64,000 nt of DNA from Lytechinus pictus (taxonomy: Eukaryota): assembly GCF_037042905.1 (NCBI RefSeq), contig NC_087262.1, positions 23,312,001-23,376,000 on the forward strand, read 5' to 3'. The notes beneath the pieces were generated by a model. It was not told the DNA's origin. It saw nothing but the letters and a program-made list of their open reading frames with translations, and made no database searches. The position numbers and the translations under genes are program-made. Positions 12,293-25,835 of the stretch are shown here, piece by piece (position 1 is the first letter of the stretch; the number at the start of each line of letters is the position of its first letter).

Positions 12293-13642
12293 ATTTGCAA
12301 CGCGAACTACGTTTCTGACGTCAATGTCGACTCAATATTGACCTTGATTCTAACTTATTACATCTCTAATTTAAAAAAAATGTATTTTGTAAACGCAGTC
12401 ATGTTTGTTCATAATATACAGATTGAGATAAATATAATTTTAATGAAATGAATTCTTCTTTAAATAATGTTTTTTTTTCTCTGTTAAATGCAAGCAAGAT
12501 TGATATCCATTACTGAAATACCTAAATCGCGATTTATTTGAAAAGCAAGTTCGTGATTCGACCGAAGTTTTCTTATCTCTTCTTGTAATGCATATTCATT
12601 AACCTTAACAGTGACGACATCTTATAAATATTCATGTTGCGCATGCGCATACATGTTTTTCATTTAATTCAACATGGCGATTCGTACGAAATCCGAAAAT
12701 TGATCCTCTATTGTACGATTCCATCGAATTTTCGTAATTTTAAGGAGAACGTATCTTGAACTCAGTTTGTTTAGGTAAGGTCAGTCCTAACTGTCGTATT
12801 TTTGGTTTCGTTTTATCATCCATGTTTTTGTAATTTAGCGATTAATCTAGTGCATCAGTGCACTCCGGTGAGAACGAGTGGGAGCGTTCAGGACCTCGAC
12901 ACTGTCTAAAGACGTCGTGTCGAGGTTCCCGGGGCAAACCTCGCCCTTGCCCAAAATCAGAGGCTCACATTTTCTCGTTTCCCATCAAGTGAATTAAAAT
13001 TGCCTATATTTTGTAATAACATCATGAAGTAAATTTTAAAAGACCAATTCGCCGTTTTTTTAATGTACTTCATGATGTTGAAAATCTATTTGCAATATAT
13101 ATTGAAAAGTATCGCGACGGTATACATGATGAAAGAGAAATAGGTTTTAGTAGTTTGTCTCCTCGTCCATCAGTGACGCAAATGGCTTTATCATAATGAT
13201 AATGCAGAAGCTGCTCTTCATAAGACTTTGAAAGCCTCTCAGAGCCAGTGTAATAAATCATTCATAAATACGAAACAAATATTTAATAATTATATCGTGA
13301 ATCTATACTAAACATCCTAAGCAGTTTCTATGACATTGGTTGTAAATCAAAATCGGTTTTGTGCCCCCGCGTATATTTCATTGAAGAATTATATTTTCAT
13401 ATGTGAAATATATTCATTTTTTTCTAATTTGCTTTCCTTATTGACAATACTCGGTATACATGCGCGAGCAGACAACGTTAAATTTGATCGCCTGAGACAA
13501 GAGAAGATTATTCTTAACGAATTATAAACATAGTCGGAGACGTTTCCTTAACTCGTTGCATAAATTCTGGTAATCTGTCAGACTCTATTTTTTCGATGAA
13601 GTACGCTTTAATATGATGAAGATAAATCAAGAAAGATACTGC

Positions 13643-13928
13643 CAGTGGCGTAGCCTACATATAGGGGGGAGGAGGGGCTTGGGGCTCCCCCAAAAAAAAA
13701 ATCACGACCAAGAAAAAGAGACAAAATGAAGAAAAGGAAAGAGAGAAGGGTAAAATATGGTATTATTTTCTCATTATCATGTAAAAATCTATCACAAATT
13801 TGAAAATTTGTAATAAAAATGTCTAAATTTTTGTTCGTTCACCTTGCTCGCTCGCAACTTAATTTTTTTATTTTTACGCGATACGCCATACCTAGCCCCC
13901 TTAAGATTTTTGGCTCATTATTCCACTG
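13643..13928. mobile_element. hAT-type MITE
   Basis: CAGTGGCGTA ... TATTCCACTG; perfect 8-bp TSD GATACTGC (13635-13642, 13929-13936). Related partial copies in opposite orientation at ~14100-14380 and ~40750-41030. Confidence 0.85.
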
Positions 13929-14972
13929 GATACTGCTAAGATCCATTACTCTGTTATTTTTTCTCTCTGTATAACTGTTTCTCATTCACGTAAAACACTG
14001 TGAAACAGTTTTTAGTTTATAACAGCACAATATGAATAAAATCAAGTTATCAATATCACAGCCTGCTTAACTAAAAGCTGTATGTGTCAAGGTCCTTTTT
14101 CAGTGGCTTAATGAGTCAAAAATGTTGAAGGGGCCAGATATGACGTATCGGGCAAAATTTGTAAACAAAAATTATTATAAAAAAATAAATAAAAAAAATA
14201 AAAAGTTTTTAGCGAGCAAAAATTTCGTCATTTTTCATTACAAAGTTCAATTGTGTGATTGATTTTGACAAAATAATTATTCAAAAAATTATATCACATT
14301 TCACCCTTCTCTCTTTCCTTTTTCCCTTTCTCCTTTTTTTCTTGGTCGTGAAAATGTTTGGGGGTCCATGGCCCCTACAAATAATAGACAAATGTTTGAG
14401 TAATATTCTCATGTAAACTAGTTTTATTTTATTTTCTGATTCCTAATGTATGTACAACCAATCCGAAAATCCATTGATTTCTTCAAATGAAATAATTATA
14501 TATAACACACTTTACATATTTGCGCGCATAGCTGCAAAAAAAATTAAAAGACTTAACCAAATAAGCTCCCCAGAAAGATTGCGAAAAAGAAATGAATTTA
14601 AATTTGCTATTGTTTTAATTTAAAAAAATCTATATCGCCGCTCTCTAAAGATATTCCAACTTCGTAAATGAAAGACAGTGCCTCTTTTAGTCGTAAATTG
14701 ATTTGGCATGTCTAGTATTGATTACCATTATAAACGATATGCCTTACTTTGAAATAATATCATAGTTTAGAATATATATATATATATATATATATATGTG
14801 GAAAATCTTTAGTGGTTTTATATTACAATGCTTACTAGAAGAAATAACTAGCTAGTTCCATATTACTACATTGAGGTAGGTGCACATTCAGTGACATTCC
14901 AAATTGTACACTCCCTTAATTGGTCAAACTCATACGTAATAAAAAAAATGACTTCATAGTGTTTGAACTGTA

Positions 14973-15210
14973 TTAAACTCCGAACAATTTAAAAAGATCC
15001 CGTCTGAATCTCTTGACGAGACCATTTACAATTGGGTTAATGATGTGGTTGATTAACAACAGGTCCCGAATGAAAGAAATAAGAATATCCACAAGAACGT
15101 GCTTATTTATTATACTTGAAATGGCTTTCTGAAGAAACGTATCGATTAGGAGAATGATGCGATCAGTTACTTCGACCCAATACCAGCATCCATATTTGAA
15201 ATGATAGCAC
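14973..15210 (-). pseudogene. Internally deleted paralog of the class A GPCR at 28460-29638
   Basis: VLVDILISFIRDLLLINHIINPIVNGLVKRFRRDLFKLF aligns to VFVELIIALLRDLFAVNQIINPVIYGLINKKFREDVLKVL (TM7/H8). Directly upstream, MDAG-(frameshift)-WVEVTDRIILL aligns to the N-terminal MDAGVWMQIITRTIIF. Confidence 0.8.
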
Positions 15211-17025
15211 TCTAAACGCATTTGAATGAAAAAAATAACTGTTCTGATATTTGATATAATCAATATTTAAGTGAGTCTTAATTTTGAAGTATTCCACCTC
15301 CGACCTGTTTGTCTCAGACAAGACACGTACAGCGAGTCATGTCTATAGATAGGGGGAATACAAAGCTTTTACTGCTTTTCAAACACGTCAAAATGTCAAT
15401 TTGATATCAGTGATGGTTGTGAAAGCAGCGTGAATATAGCATATCCAGCAAATTGGATTGGTAGGTGAGGTCTATAAGTTGGATAGGGGATTCTTTCATT
15501 TTTTTCTTAAAAAAAGGTGCAGTGTTGCATTTTGGTGCTATATTTTGTGATTTCTCAATTATTGTCACTGAAATTTACGCTTGCACATCTATTTCATTTG
15601 TGCTATAAATTTCCAGAGGGTCTTTTCTGACGATGCAGTCGGTGCCTTAACAATCTCTTAAGCTGAGCTGCCCGATTGATATCTGAACATGAATGTGATT
15701 CATGTAGTTCAGACGTTCATTGATTGGCCTATGTCAGTTATTTTTCTACATCATATTTTACATCCTGTCGATTAATTTGAATTCCAGTTTACAGTACTTT
15801 ATTCTTTTGATAATTATTTTTCTCTATATGTTTCTTGATATATTCTGAATTTAATTTTCCGAAATAAATTGGGAGTGAGTTCTCCAAGCCCCTTCCATAT
15901 CCGCCCACTGTTCAGCATTTTCGTACATCAATATATTTTCCACTCTTCTTTTGTGGATTCGTTTGGTTGCCAGCCCATGGTCAATGAAAGTAGAATCAAT
16001 TAAATGAATTTTCCATTCATTACAATCCAGCTTCTTACTATAATCCACACGGACGCGTTTAAAATAAATTACCAAACATTCCCCGAGACCTGCAGGATAA
16101 CACAAGTACTGTAAAGAGCTCATTTGGCTTTTCCCCTGTAAAAGAAACTGATGTACTCGAAATCATACGAAATTTAAGAAACACGAAATCAGTGGGACTG
16201 GATGGCATTTCTGTATTCGTTTTGAAATTATGTGCTTACGAAATAACACCCAGCATCACCTATTTGATAAACTTCTCGTTGAAATCGGGCAAATTTCCCA
16301 AACAATGGAAGATTGCAAAATTCATCCCAATTCATAAAAGTGGAGATAAAACAATTCCATCAAATTTTAGACCCATCTCCCTCATTCCTTGTGTGTCAAA
16401 ATTTTTAGAACGTATAGTTCAGAGGCAGGTCCTCTCGTACCTACATATTCACAATATTCTCTCGCCGGCACAATCCGGTTTCCGGGCAAAGCATTCAACG
16501 ATCACAACATTGATCAAGGTAACTGATGACTGGTACCATGCAATTGATAAGAAAGAGTATACCGGTGCGGTGTTTGTCGATCTCAAAAAGGCCTTCGACA
16601 CCGTAGACTGGGGAATTCTTCTAAAGAAGCTTACTAATATTGGGATAAAGGGTACTCCATTGCTATGGATGGAAAGTTACTTGACCGACATAATTTGTAG
16701 GACGCTTGTCAACTCTGAGCTTTCTGCAGAATCTAACATTACCTGCGGAGTCCCGCAAGGTTCACTGCTAGGACCACTATTTTCATCATGTACATAAATG
16801 ATTTAATGGACTGTGTGGAATTATGTCAGGTTCAATTGTACGCCGATGACACGGTTCTTTACTTTTCTCACCCATCTATCCAAAACGTAGAGTCAGCTCT
16901 TAACTCCGACCTGGAGAATGTTCATAAGTGGATGAATAATAACAAACTGAGTGTCAATTGTAATAAAACAGAATGCATCCTAATCGGAAGTAAACATATG
17001 CTTGCTAAGAAATGTCTTGAATGTA

Positions 17026-17221
17026 CACTCTTAAAAATGTTGGGCAACATACGGTCCACACAACAATTGGTTAAAACTTTATCCAATTCTGGGTAGTTTT
17101 ACACCAATAATGTGTGCTTTGGGTGAAAACTACACAGTATTGGTGTAAAACTACCCAGAATTGGATAAAGTTTTAACCAATTGTTGTGTGGACCGTATGT
17201 TGCCCAACATTTTTAAGAGTG
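17026..17221. mobile_element. 196-bp palindromic CACT-ended MITE inserted in the LINE
   Basis: 84-bp perfect TIRs (17026-17109 and 17138-17221), 28-bp spacer, TA duplication. Removing it restores LINE codons N-V-T-L-N-N. Confidence 0.92.
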
Positions 17222-17819
17222 TAACATTAAACAATTCCCGTATAAACCAAGTGCGTGAATTTAAGTACTTAGGACTGATTTGTGATGAAACTTTGACCTG
17301 GAATAAACATATCGAAAAACTAGTCCAGAAAGTAAGTAAGATGGTTGGTTTTCTAGGACGATTAAGACGCTCGTTGAATGAATCAGTTGTAAACTCCATT
17401 TATAAGTCTCTTTTACTCCCATATTTTGATTATGGTGACGTAATACACAGCTCAGCATGTAATAAATATATCGAACAACTCCAGAAGGTACAGAACAGAG
17501 CAGCTCGTATCATAATAAGAGTAAAATCAGAGTCACACATATCTGTCGCTGAGTTGCATAATTCTCTGGGCTGGCAATTTCTTAACAAAAGGAGAAATCA
17601 GCATTGTATTGTTTTTATGTACAAGGTAATGCACGAACTAACTCCTCAGTATTTACGTAATGAATTCACGGTCGCACCTCAATATTACTCTTTTCGTTAT
17701 GGCGAAAAACTACTTTTACCTAAACCACGGACAGAATTCCTTAAGAAATCCTTTAAATATAGAGGTGCCAAGGTATATAATGCCCTACCTTTGGACTTAA
17801 AATTGTCTCCTACTGTTAA

Positions 17820-19431
17820 AGTTGAATTAAGAAGGGGGTGAGTTTCCATAAATATGGGTTCCACACACAATATATAGTATATATCAGTTGTTAAAACAGA
17901 TAGCATGTCACAAAAATCCTCTGCCTTCTCGATATTTTGCTTTGAAAGTCTATGAAATTAGCCACCTGTCAGAGCCCGAGAGACGAGTGTACAGAAAAAT
18001 CACTCGGAGTGTGACGTCACCGGAGGGAATTAAGTATAAGAGGTGCCCGAATGTAATACAGAAATGCTATGCAGAGAGAGAAAGATGATTTTACAATTTT
18101 TTTTCAAAGCAACTCAAATCAAACAAATAGGACTCGTATGTACAAATCTTTACTTTCCCTGTATAAAAAACAGTATGAATAACTATCATGAACTCTTAAA
18201 TCATGATGTAAGATTGCAAACAGTGAGTTATTGAATGATACTTTCACTATTTCTCATTTATTTTATCACGATGTTCCATCAAGTGAGTAGCTGGAAAGTA
18301 ATTCCGGCGGCTAGCTCAGCTCTGCGCGCGCTGCACGCCTATACAATACACACAACACCCAGGCATTGAGTGTACTATGTCGACCCGCAGTTCATGACCA
18401 TGCAGCGATCCCCTGGCGTCTCTTTCTTCTTTCTTTTTGTCTTTGACTCCATTTTTATATCCTCTGGATCATTTCCACTCATAGCTCATTCCACAGAACA
18501 ATCTTGAATCAAACGTACTATTCTTCTCGGCCTTCCGAGTTGTTTTCTATATTTAATTACGCTAGGGGTCACCGTCACACATACAGACGCAATTCGCAAG
18601 TGAGTTGAAGACAGCAAGAAAGGTATGCGGTACGGTAGCTCGACAGCTAGCTGTGCCGGAGCGGGCGGCCGTTCGGCACAAAGCAATTCCGCAACCAACT
18701 GTGTTTTTTGCAAGAGCCGCGTCACACGCGGATAAATATGTCATAATAACACGTCTGCTACGTTATCGACTGGTGAGAAGATCTCGATCAAATTTCATAT
18801 TTATTCGCATTAAAATTATTCCTTTAGGGTCTATGGTATCATTCTGAGTGAATTTACATATTTGGAATAATAGTACGGCCATAAATATACTTTTAATCAT
18901 TCCCTCTTTGCAAGTTCTCCGGCTCGCAGATACAACTTCAACTGCAGTTTATTCCATTATATGACTTGTTTCGCCACGGACACAGTCCCGAAAGAAAACA
19001 GGGCGTTAAAATCGTCTAAAATCGCTACGAAGAAGAACAGTTTTAACAATGTAGGGACATGTTATTGACTATATGACTTTGAATAATCATTACTTCCTTT
19101 CAATATCGTTCACATAAAATCAATAGCGATAAAATGAAGTTTTGACACAAAAGTAAACATGAAGGCGTACGTGCATAGTACACAAAGCAGCACTGCCTTG
19201 TTTACTACACCGGGACCGAATACCCCCCGGTGACGTCACACTCAGAGAACACCTGTCTCGGTAGGCATTGCAGGAGCGAACTCAGGGAAAATGGTTAGGG
19301 ATAAATCGTTAAAATTCACTATTTTGAAAAACTAAAATGGGGGGTCGAATCACCTCTTAGTGTTTGGGGGGTTGTAAGGTTGCTATTAATGTAAATATCT
19401 CAATATTTGGAATCGTCTTCTTAATTCAACT
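17820..19431. mobile_element. Kolobok-type non-autonomous DNA transposon (1612 bp) inserted in the LINE
   Basis: TTAA TSD (17816-17819, 19432-19435); 15-bp TIR AGTTGAATTAAGAAG / CTTCTTAATTCAACT; subterminal inverted GAGTGTGACGTCACCGG (~18007 and ~19228). Removing it rejoins SPTV-NNFKTKL. Confidence 0.88.
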
Positions 19432-22400
19432 TTAACAATTTCAAAACTAAATTATCATCTCACTTCGGTGACCTGCTTACCTTGTCATGAAGTCAATATT
19501 GTATTTTTTTTTTCTTCCCCGTCTCCCCATTTTGTTTTCTTTTCTTTTCTTCCCCATTTCCCAATTGTTCTTTTAACAAACTTTAAATTACTAACTGATT
19601 TTGAGCTTATTCCACTAAATAGTTCCACAAAGTGCATTCTCCTTTTTGGTTTTTATTTCTTACTTCTCATATGAATCCAATCAGTGTATATACATGTTTT
19701 TATATATTTATTCCGATGTTGTCTCAATGCAATCGGTACTTTTATCCTGAATTTCTTTCAATATTTTTACGCTCTTATTGTTGTCCTCCTAAAATTGTAT
19801 GCGTGAACCAGAATCCTGTGTTATTATGACAGTTTACAATGATTACATATTCATTTATATTCATTGTATATTTATATTATTCATTTTCTATTCCTTGCTC
19901 CTTGTGAAAACCTTTTTCAATAACGTGATAGCAGCCTAATTCATTCAATTCATTCATTTAAAAAAAAATATTTAATGTAAATTCTTGCCAAACTATTTAA
20001 TTTTATGATCTTTTCTTATTAGTAACAACATATATCATGTCATTTTTGTTATTTTGTTTGATTTACCGTATATGTTATGCTTCTTTCATATGTGTTTACT
20101 TTTTACTTTGTATTGTATATGGACCCCATGGAAGAACAGTATAGTCATGTCGACTAAACTGAAAATGGGCTATTCATCCGTTTTGCATGTTGCATTTTTG
20201 TTTTTTTTGTTTTTTATACGGAAAATAAATACTATACTATACTACTATAATATATACTATATAAAAGAGCGTGTTTTTATGAACGCCCAATGCAGCCACG
20301 AAATCAAGTGAATAAAGGAGCTTAAACTTGGCAATATCGATGTATCAAAGCTTTTCAGATTGTATAATAACCGCACACGCATCTTAGATTCTTGTATGAA
20401 TTTACATAATATATGTGGGCCATCCTGGGAAAATGGGTATTATAGGTGAAATTTTGGATTTTGTTTTTTTTATGTTTTCTGGTACATGGACACATGTACA
20501 ATATGTATACAAAATATTAGAGTCTAATTCATATTTAAATTAGAGATATGGCCAATTGAATCAGGGGTACCCCCCCCCCTGCCTGGCTGTATGGGTCGTC
20601 ATGGTAGTCGGGCTTATTATTCATCTTTTCATGATATGGAAATGTTGGTTCTTTTGTAACGCCCAACATACCTGGCATAGGCGAGGTGATCTTTTGTAGT
20701 GCAGACATAATTTTTATATATACACAGCTAGGCGAATACAATAAAAGAAATTATTCTACATATTCAACCACACCCACACTAGAACCCACACACTCACATT
20801 ACATGCAAAAAAAACCTTATGGAGACTATTTGTCATACTATATATACTGTAGTTCGTCATAGCGCGTAGTTTTAAAATGGGAGGAGGTTCCCAGATCCAA
20901 TGACCAGGGGAAGATGGGGTTGGGTTATTTATCTGATTTTTTTGTTGTTGGGGGGGGGCAGCTTATCATTTTTTTGGGGGGTGCCCACCCCCACAGGCGC
21001 CGCAGAACATTTTTTGAAAATAGGAGGGGCTGTCCATGCAAAAAAAAAATCACAATCAAATGGTAATTTTTTACATGTTTATACATGCGTTCTGGGGAAA
21101 AAAAGTGGGGCCAAAGCCCCTGCCCAACTCCATCCTAGATTTGTCCCTGCCCTTAACCACCCCCCCCCCCAAAAAAAAAAGACACCACCTTGCTGTTTGT
21201 CTATACTTCACTTTCTCGCAAAGTAAAATCTAAAAAAAATCGTGCTTAAGCTTTGGAAAATAACCACAAACAAAATTCAATTTTGCAAAACCAATTTTTT
21301 TCGGTGGCAATACACAATGGTGAAAAGCTGATGCGAGCTACATTTCATAAAGATTTAATATGACAGCAACTCTTGATGAAATATCAACTTTCATTGAACT
21401 AGCGAATCAGGAAGCAGAAGGTTCACTGTTTTCATGGTAGTTTTCATTCGAGCAAGGGATCATATCAACATTTAATGAAATGGACCACATTTGGTTTCTT
21501 TTTAGGGATGGGGTAGTCATAAAAATATATTTCACAAATTGCTGCCAAATTATCTGGATCACTGAAGGATTTTTTTTAGGTCACTTCGTTTGAAAAGAAG
21601 AGTAAAACTGTGCATAAAAACTTGGCTCCACATATTAATACGACAGGTATTATAACTTACAAATACTCACAAATACATAGTCATCTTTTCTCTGCTACAC
21701 TCTGTACACGTGTAATGATATGCGTTGTAAACGTCTTATGCTTGAATAAAAAAACAATATCAGAGTTTAATTCTTGATATGGAAGAGACTACATACATTT
21801 ACTCTCTTCTATGCAGCAGTATTAGCAAAACTCAGGAATGTGCATCGCTCTCCACTGTCCAAATTTGCACTAAAAAGGATATAAAATATGATAATCTCTC
21901 CTTAGTGTGTGTGTTTAACATTATCACAAACTTCTTAATACAGCAGCAAACTTACCATATTTCAATTTTCTACAATGACATCCTTCTAATGGGTTAGCAA
22001 ACGTTACAAATTAAGTTTAATTTTTTTATCGAAAAACTTCAGAGTTTGTTCATTCAAAGTAAAACATGTATTCATTGTTCAATTTCCTCTTCTACCGGGG
22101 AGGCCGCGAGGTGCCTTGTCCTCATCTAAGATCTTTCCATATATCATATTCCCTCTATTTGGAAAATCCAGTTGATAGCTCATCTGGGAGTATCTGAGAG
22201 ACTATGTCAGCAGGGTTCACCAAAGGGGATAATTTTCTTCCTCTGCATTGTTTGCTTTCTTCATGTTCCAGTCCTAAATGCCACGTTCCGATGACTCAAA
22301 TCTACATTTTTGATGAATGCAATTGAAAAGTTCACCGATATTAATGTGTTATAAAAACAGTCACATTACACTCTCATTTCTTCATGATTCATGGACATTT

Positions 22401-25400
22401 ATCAACAACATGATATTTAAAATACATTAACTTTTCACTCTTTGGCTTTGTGTAAATGTTACTTGTATTTCTAATAAAGGTGGAAGTACTCCCTGATGTC
22501 ATATTTTTCTACCAAAAATAATAAGATTTAACTATTGATAAAGTCAAAACTGGCACACTATTTCCATATAGAATATGGATAAAGCATGGAAAGCTACCTG
22601 AAGCTGTGGTAATGGTGAATCCCATATCAGAGTCTTAAAGTACTTCTTGATAGGCTGCTGTCAGCTGTATGTTGGTGATGTCTTGTCCTCACTGCACTAA
22701 TACAGTTGCTCTGTAGATCCCGTGCCCTTAAAATGTTTAACACAACGAAAGAAAACAAGGCCAATTAGTTAACAAATTTTCAGAGTTAAAGTTTATTTAA
22801 AAAAAAACACTACTTAAGAAAAAAAACTAAAAAAAAAAAAAAATTAAAACTATAATTTTTTTTTATTTTCAAAAATATGCCTTTTTATTTATTTTTTAAT
22901 ATTGAATGATTTTGTGTAGAAAGTTGGCGAACCTCATGTAATGTAGCTCGACCAGATTGTAGAAAAAAATAAGAAATCCCCCCCACACCCGCCCCCAAAA
23001 TATATTGTTATTTTTGAATAAATTTCTTATAAATTGTGACAATCTGTTTTCGAGTTATAATTTCGATATCATTTGCACAGCTTTGGTGAAGCTCATACCA
23101 AATAGACCCCACCCCCTCCGAAAAAAAAAAAAAAATTGAAATCAGAAGTCCGACAAATAAGAATTTGTTAGGAGAGGGGATTTGAAAAATGTCCATAATT
23201 AACCGATTTAAAAGGGTACTCCGAGCTGAAAATAATTTCATCAAATGTAAACAAAAGCTGCAAATTTCATCAAAATCTGATAACAACTAGATCTAATAGG
23301 GTTTTTCATGCATTATAAAAACAGTTATATGCACGTCTTAATAGATATTCGTTAGATGGGCTGATGATGACACCCCACTTTAACTTTTCTTATAACAAAA
23401 CATGAAATCATACTTATTTTATTTGGTCATACGTGTGTGAATGATATGTCACCTTTTTACATTAATTAATATCTAGTCTTGGAGGGGGGGGGGGGATAGA
23501 ACAAACATAATTTCATGTAACAAGGTGAGACATCTTTGCATCAGTTTGTCAAGTAAATTCATAAAAACATGCATAGAACTGTTTCACCGAAATCCATATT
23601 TTTAAATTATCATAGCTCTTTTACTCCTTGTCCAATTTTGATTTTTTTTATATACATTTTTTACAAACTTGTTGCATGTGATAGATTTAACTTAAATGGT
23701 TACAAGTATGTAACGAAGGCCTATCTAAGTAGGTGCAGATCTAGATCTAGTTGATAGCCTAGGCATACATAAGTTAGATCTTAAAAAGGCCGTCAAAGTC
23801 CCGGACAAATACCGCGAATCGCTGCAGCAGTCGCATGTAATTTGACGTTTAAAGACGTTCCTAAAAAGCTCTCTCTCGATCGATCCACATAAACACGCAA
23901 CACAAAATTCACATTCACGTGTTTAGTTGCCATGCCCATGTTCCTCGCATCGCAATTATCAATTAATTTAACAAAACAACTCAATCTGCAACATAATTTA
24001 ACTTACCTTCATGGATTTCAGCCAAGGGAATTAAATTCAATCAACATGTATCCGAACCCACCACCAAATATATCGAGCCGATATATCCACAGTTCTGAAA
24101 AAAAAAAATGCGCCTGACATTTTTTTTTATTTCCCGCGGGTTGTTTGTTTTGTTTTTCCTCGCGACGCGCGCCAGACAAAAGTTTGATGACACGCGTATT
24201 TAAATGACGTCCTAGCGCATTTATTGTCTCTCACCAATAGTCTGGTTTTTGCGCGACGCCACACATATATTTTCCCAGGGATCACTTTATTATGAAAAGC
24301 GTTTTTGGTGCTTCAATTAACAAGGTGGAGGAGATTCTGAGAACCTGGATGGACATAATATCCAGAAAAATTGAGGAAGAAAATAAATGGGATAATATAG
24401 AGGATAAAAGAAGAGACATATATAGGGATGTGAGTATGGGGGTGGGGTGTATTAGTATTAACCGAAGTACCTAGATGCCTAGAAGCCATTCTTCTATATT
24501 TTTTCAAGATATTATTTCTTTAGTGTAATATTGTCTTTACATTATAATCATGTATCACTGTAGTCTCATGTATGTGAATGATGTAATCACGCAGGAAACA
24601 AAACATGAATAAATAAATGAATTAATAAATGAATAAATAAATAGTTGGTATTTCACATTGGAACTCATTGAATTATGAACCATCATTTTATAAATCACAA
24701 AAAAGGGTAACTGTATTGGTAGTCATGATTTATGCATCGTACAGATAGTCGTAAGAGCAACAGACCAAACAAAATATGTAATGGCCCGATTAGCAATTTA
24801 GAAACTCAGACTATACTCAAATAAAACAAATGGAAAAAAACAGAACATTCTTGTGCATTTATTTCAGATTTTTAAAGATGGTTTTCATACACATTTACAT
24901 ATAATAAAACATTGATATTCATAACTGACATCGTTCACAAAGCCCACACTTACATGGCAAAATTGTCAAATATCGACTAAATCAAACAAAATATGCATGG
25001 AAAACTGACAGTATATGTTTATAAATTGAAAATTGATTTTAATGAGAATTGACATCAATCACAAGTTAACCCTGACATAGCTCAAAGATTTAAAAAAATC
25101 ACGAAATATATTAAAACAGAGTCAGATATAAGAGTTAATACATACCAGAAAGGTAGTATTATAAGATGTGCAAAAAGGTAAACCAAATAGTGTATTTAGT
25201 TTGTCATCATCAAAATGAGCATTTGTTAAACAAAGAATAAGTACAATGATAATGACGGTAATTACAAAAATAACAATTATCATGATTACACAACAATAAA
25301 AATGAAGATTGTATAAACAACTTAATTTGATACAACGAATACGTGGAATATGTACATAATAATGATACGTTACAAATGACATACATGATTTACAAGGGAT

Positions 25401-25688
25401 AAAGATTAGACTTAGGTCTGTTGGCATTAACATAATTTTACAATTACACGAAGTGAGTAAATATTTCCAAACTGAGAATTAAAAACAAAATATTACTAAG
25501 GAACAGTTCAAAGAAGCCCGAGTCGGAATCCGAGGCTACTAAATGAAAATGTATAGCCCCGAGATTTGATAGACCACATTCGTGTACCCCCCCCCCGATC
25601 ATGATTTGAATGGTCATCACCGGCCATCGGTCAAAATTAATGTTTGGCAACAGCTTAACACAACCAGTCAAGTTCATTTTGATACAAG

Positions 25689-25835
25689 GTACCGTGGTCG
25701 AGTGGCCTTAGGCGCCTGATTACACACTTGTAAATCCCGGGTTCGAAACTCGGCCATGAAATCATACCCTTGAAGAAGGCATTTTATTTACACCCCTCTT
25801 TCTTGACGGTGAAGTTAACAGTTGGTACCAGACGT
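25689..25835 (+). mobile_element. tRNA-derived SINE head
   Basis: A box TGGTCGAGTGG and B box GGTTCGAAAC, followed by non-tRNA body; no intact cloverleaf. Confidence 0.6.

Larger units (their letters stand above)
16060..20260 (+). mobile_element. 5'-truncated LINE (CR1/L2 group, Crack-like), RT frameshifted and split by two DNA transposons
   Basis: RT motifs GLDGI, NFRPISL, QSGFR, DLKKAFDTV, GVPQGSLLGP, YADDT, KYLG. The ORF resumes after each insertion and ends NNFKTKLSSHFGDLLTLS* near 19490. 3' end has GGACCCCATGGAAGAACAG...AAAATGGGC (~20121-20170), then AATAAA and a (TAC/TA) tail. Confidence 0.9.

Noticed and set aside
15851-16057. 90-aa minus-strand ORF as an inverted LINE 5' end or GPCR piece
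   Set aside because: No recognisable similarity to either; left unassigned.
18480-19200. THAP or transposase gene inside the Kolobok-type element
   Set aside because: Only short overlapping ORFs in CpG-rich DNA; no C2CH THAP or DDE motif.
24292-24645. Possible L1/Tx1-type LINE 3' end (…EEENKWDNI, AATAAATG tail)
   Set aside because: Too short and degenerate to support without a search.
25689-25760. tRNA genes (also 43265-43338)
   Set aside because: A and B boxes are present but the stems do not close a cloverleaf, and the sequence runs into SINE body.
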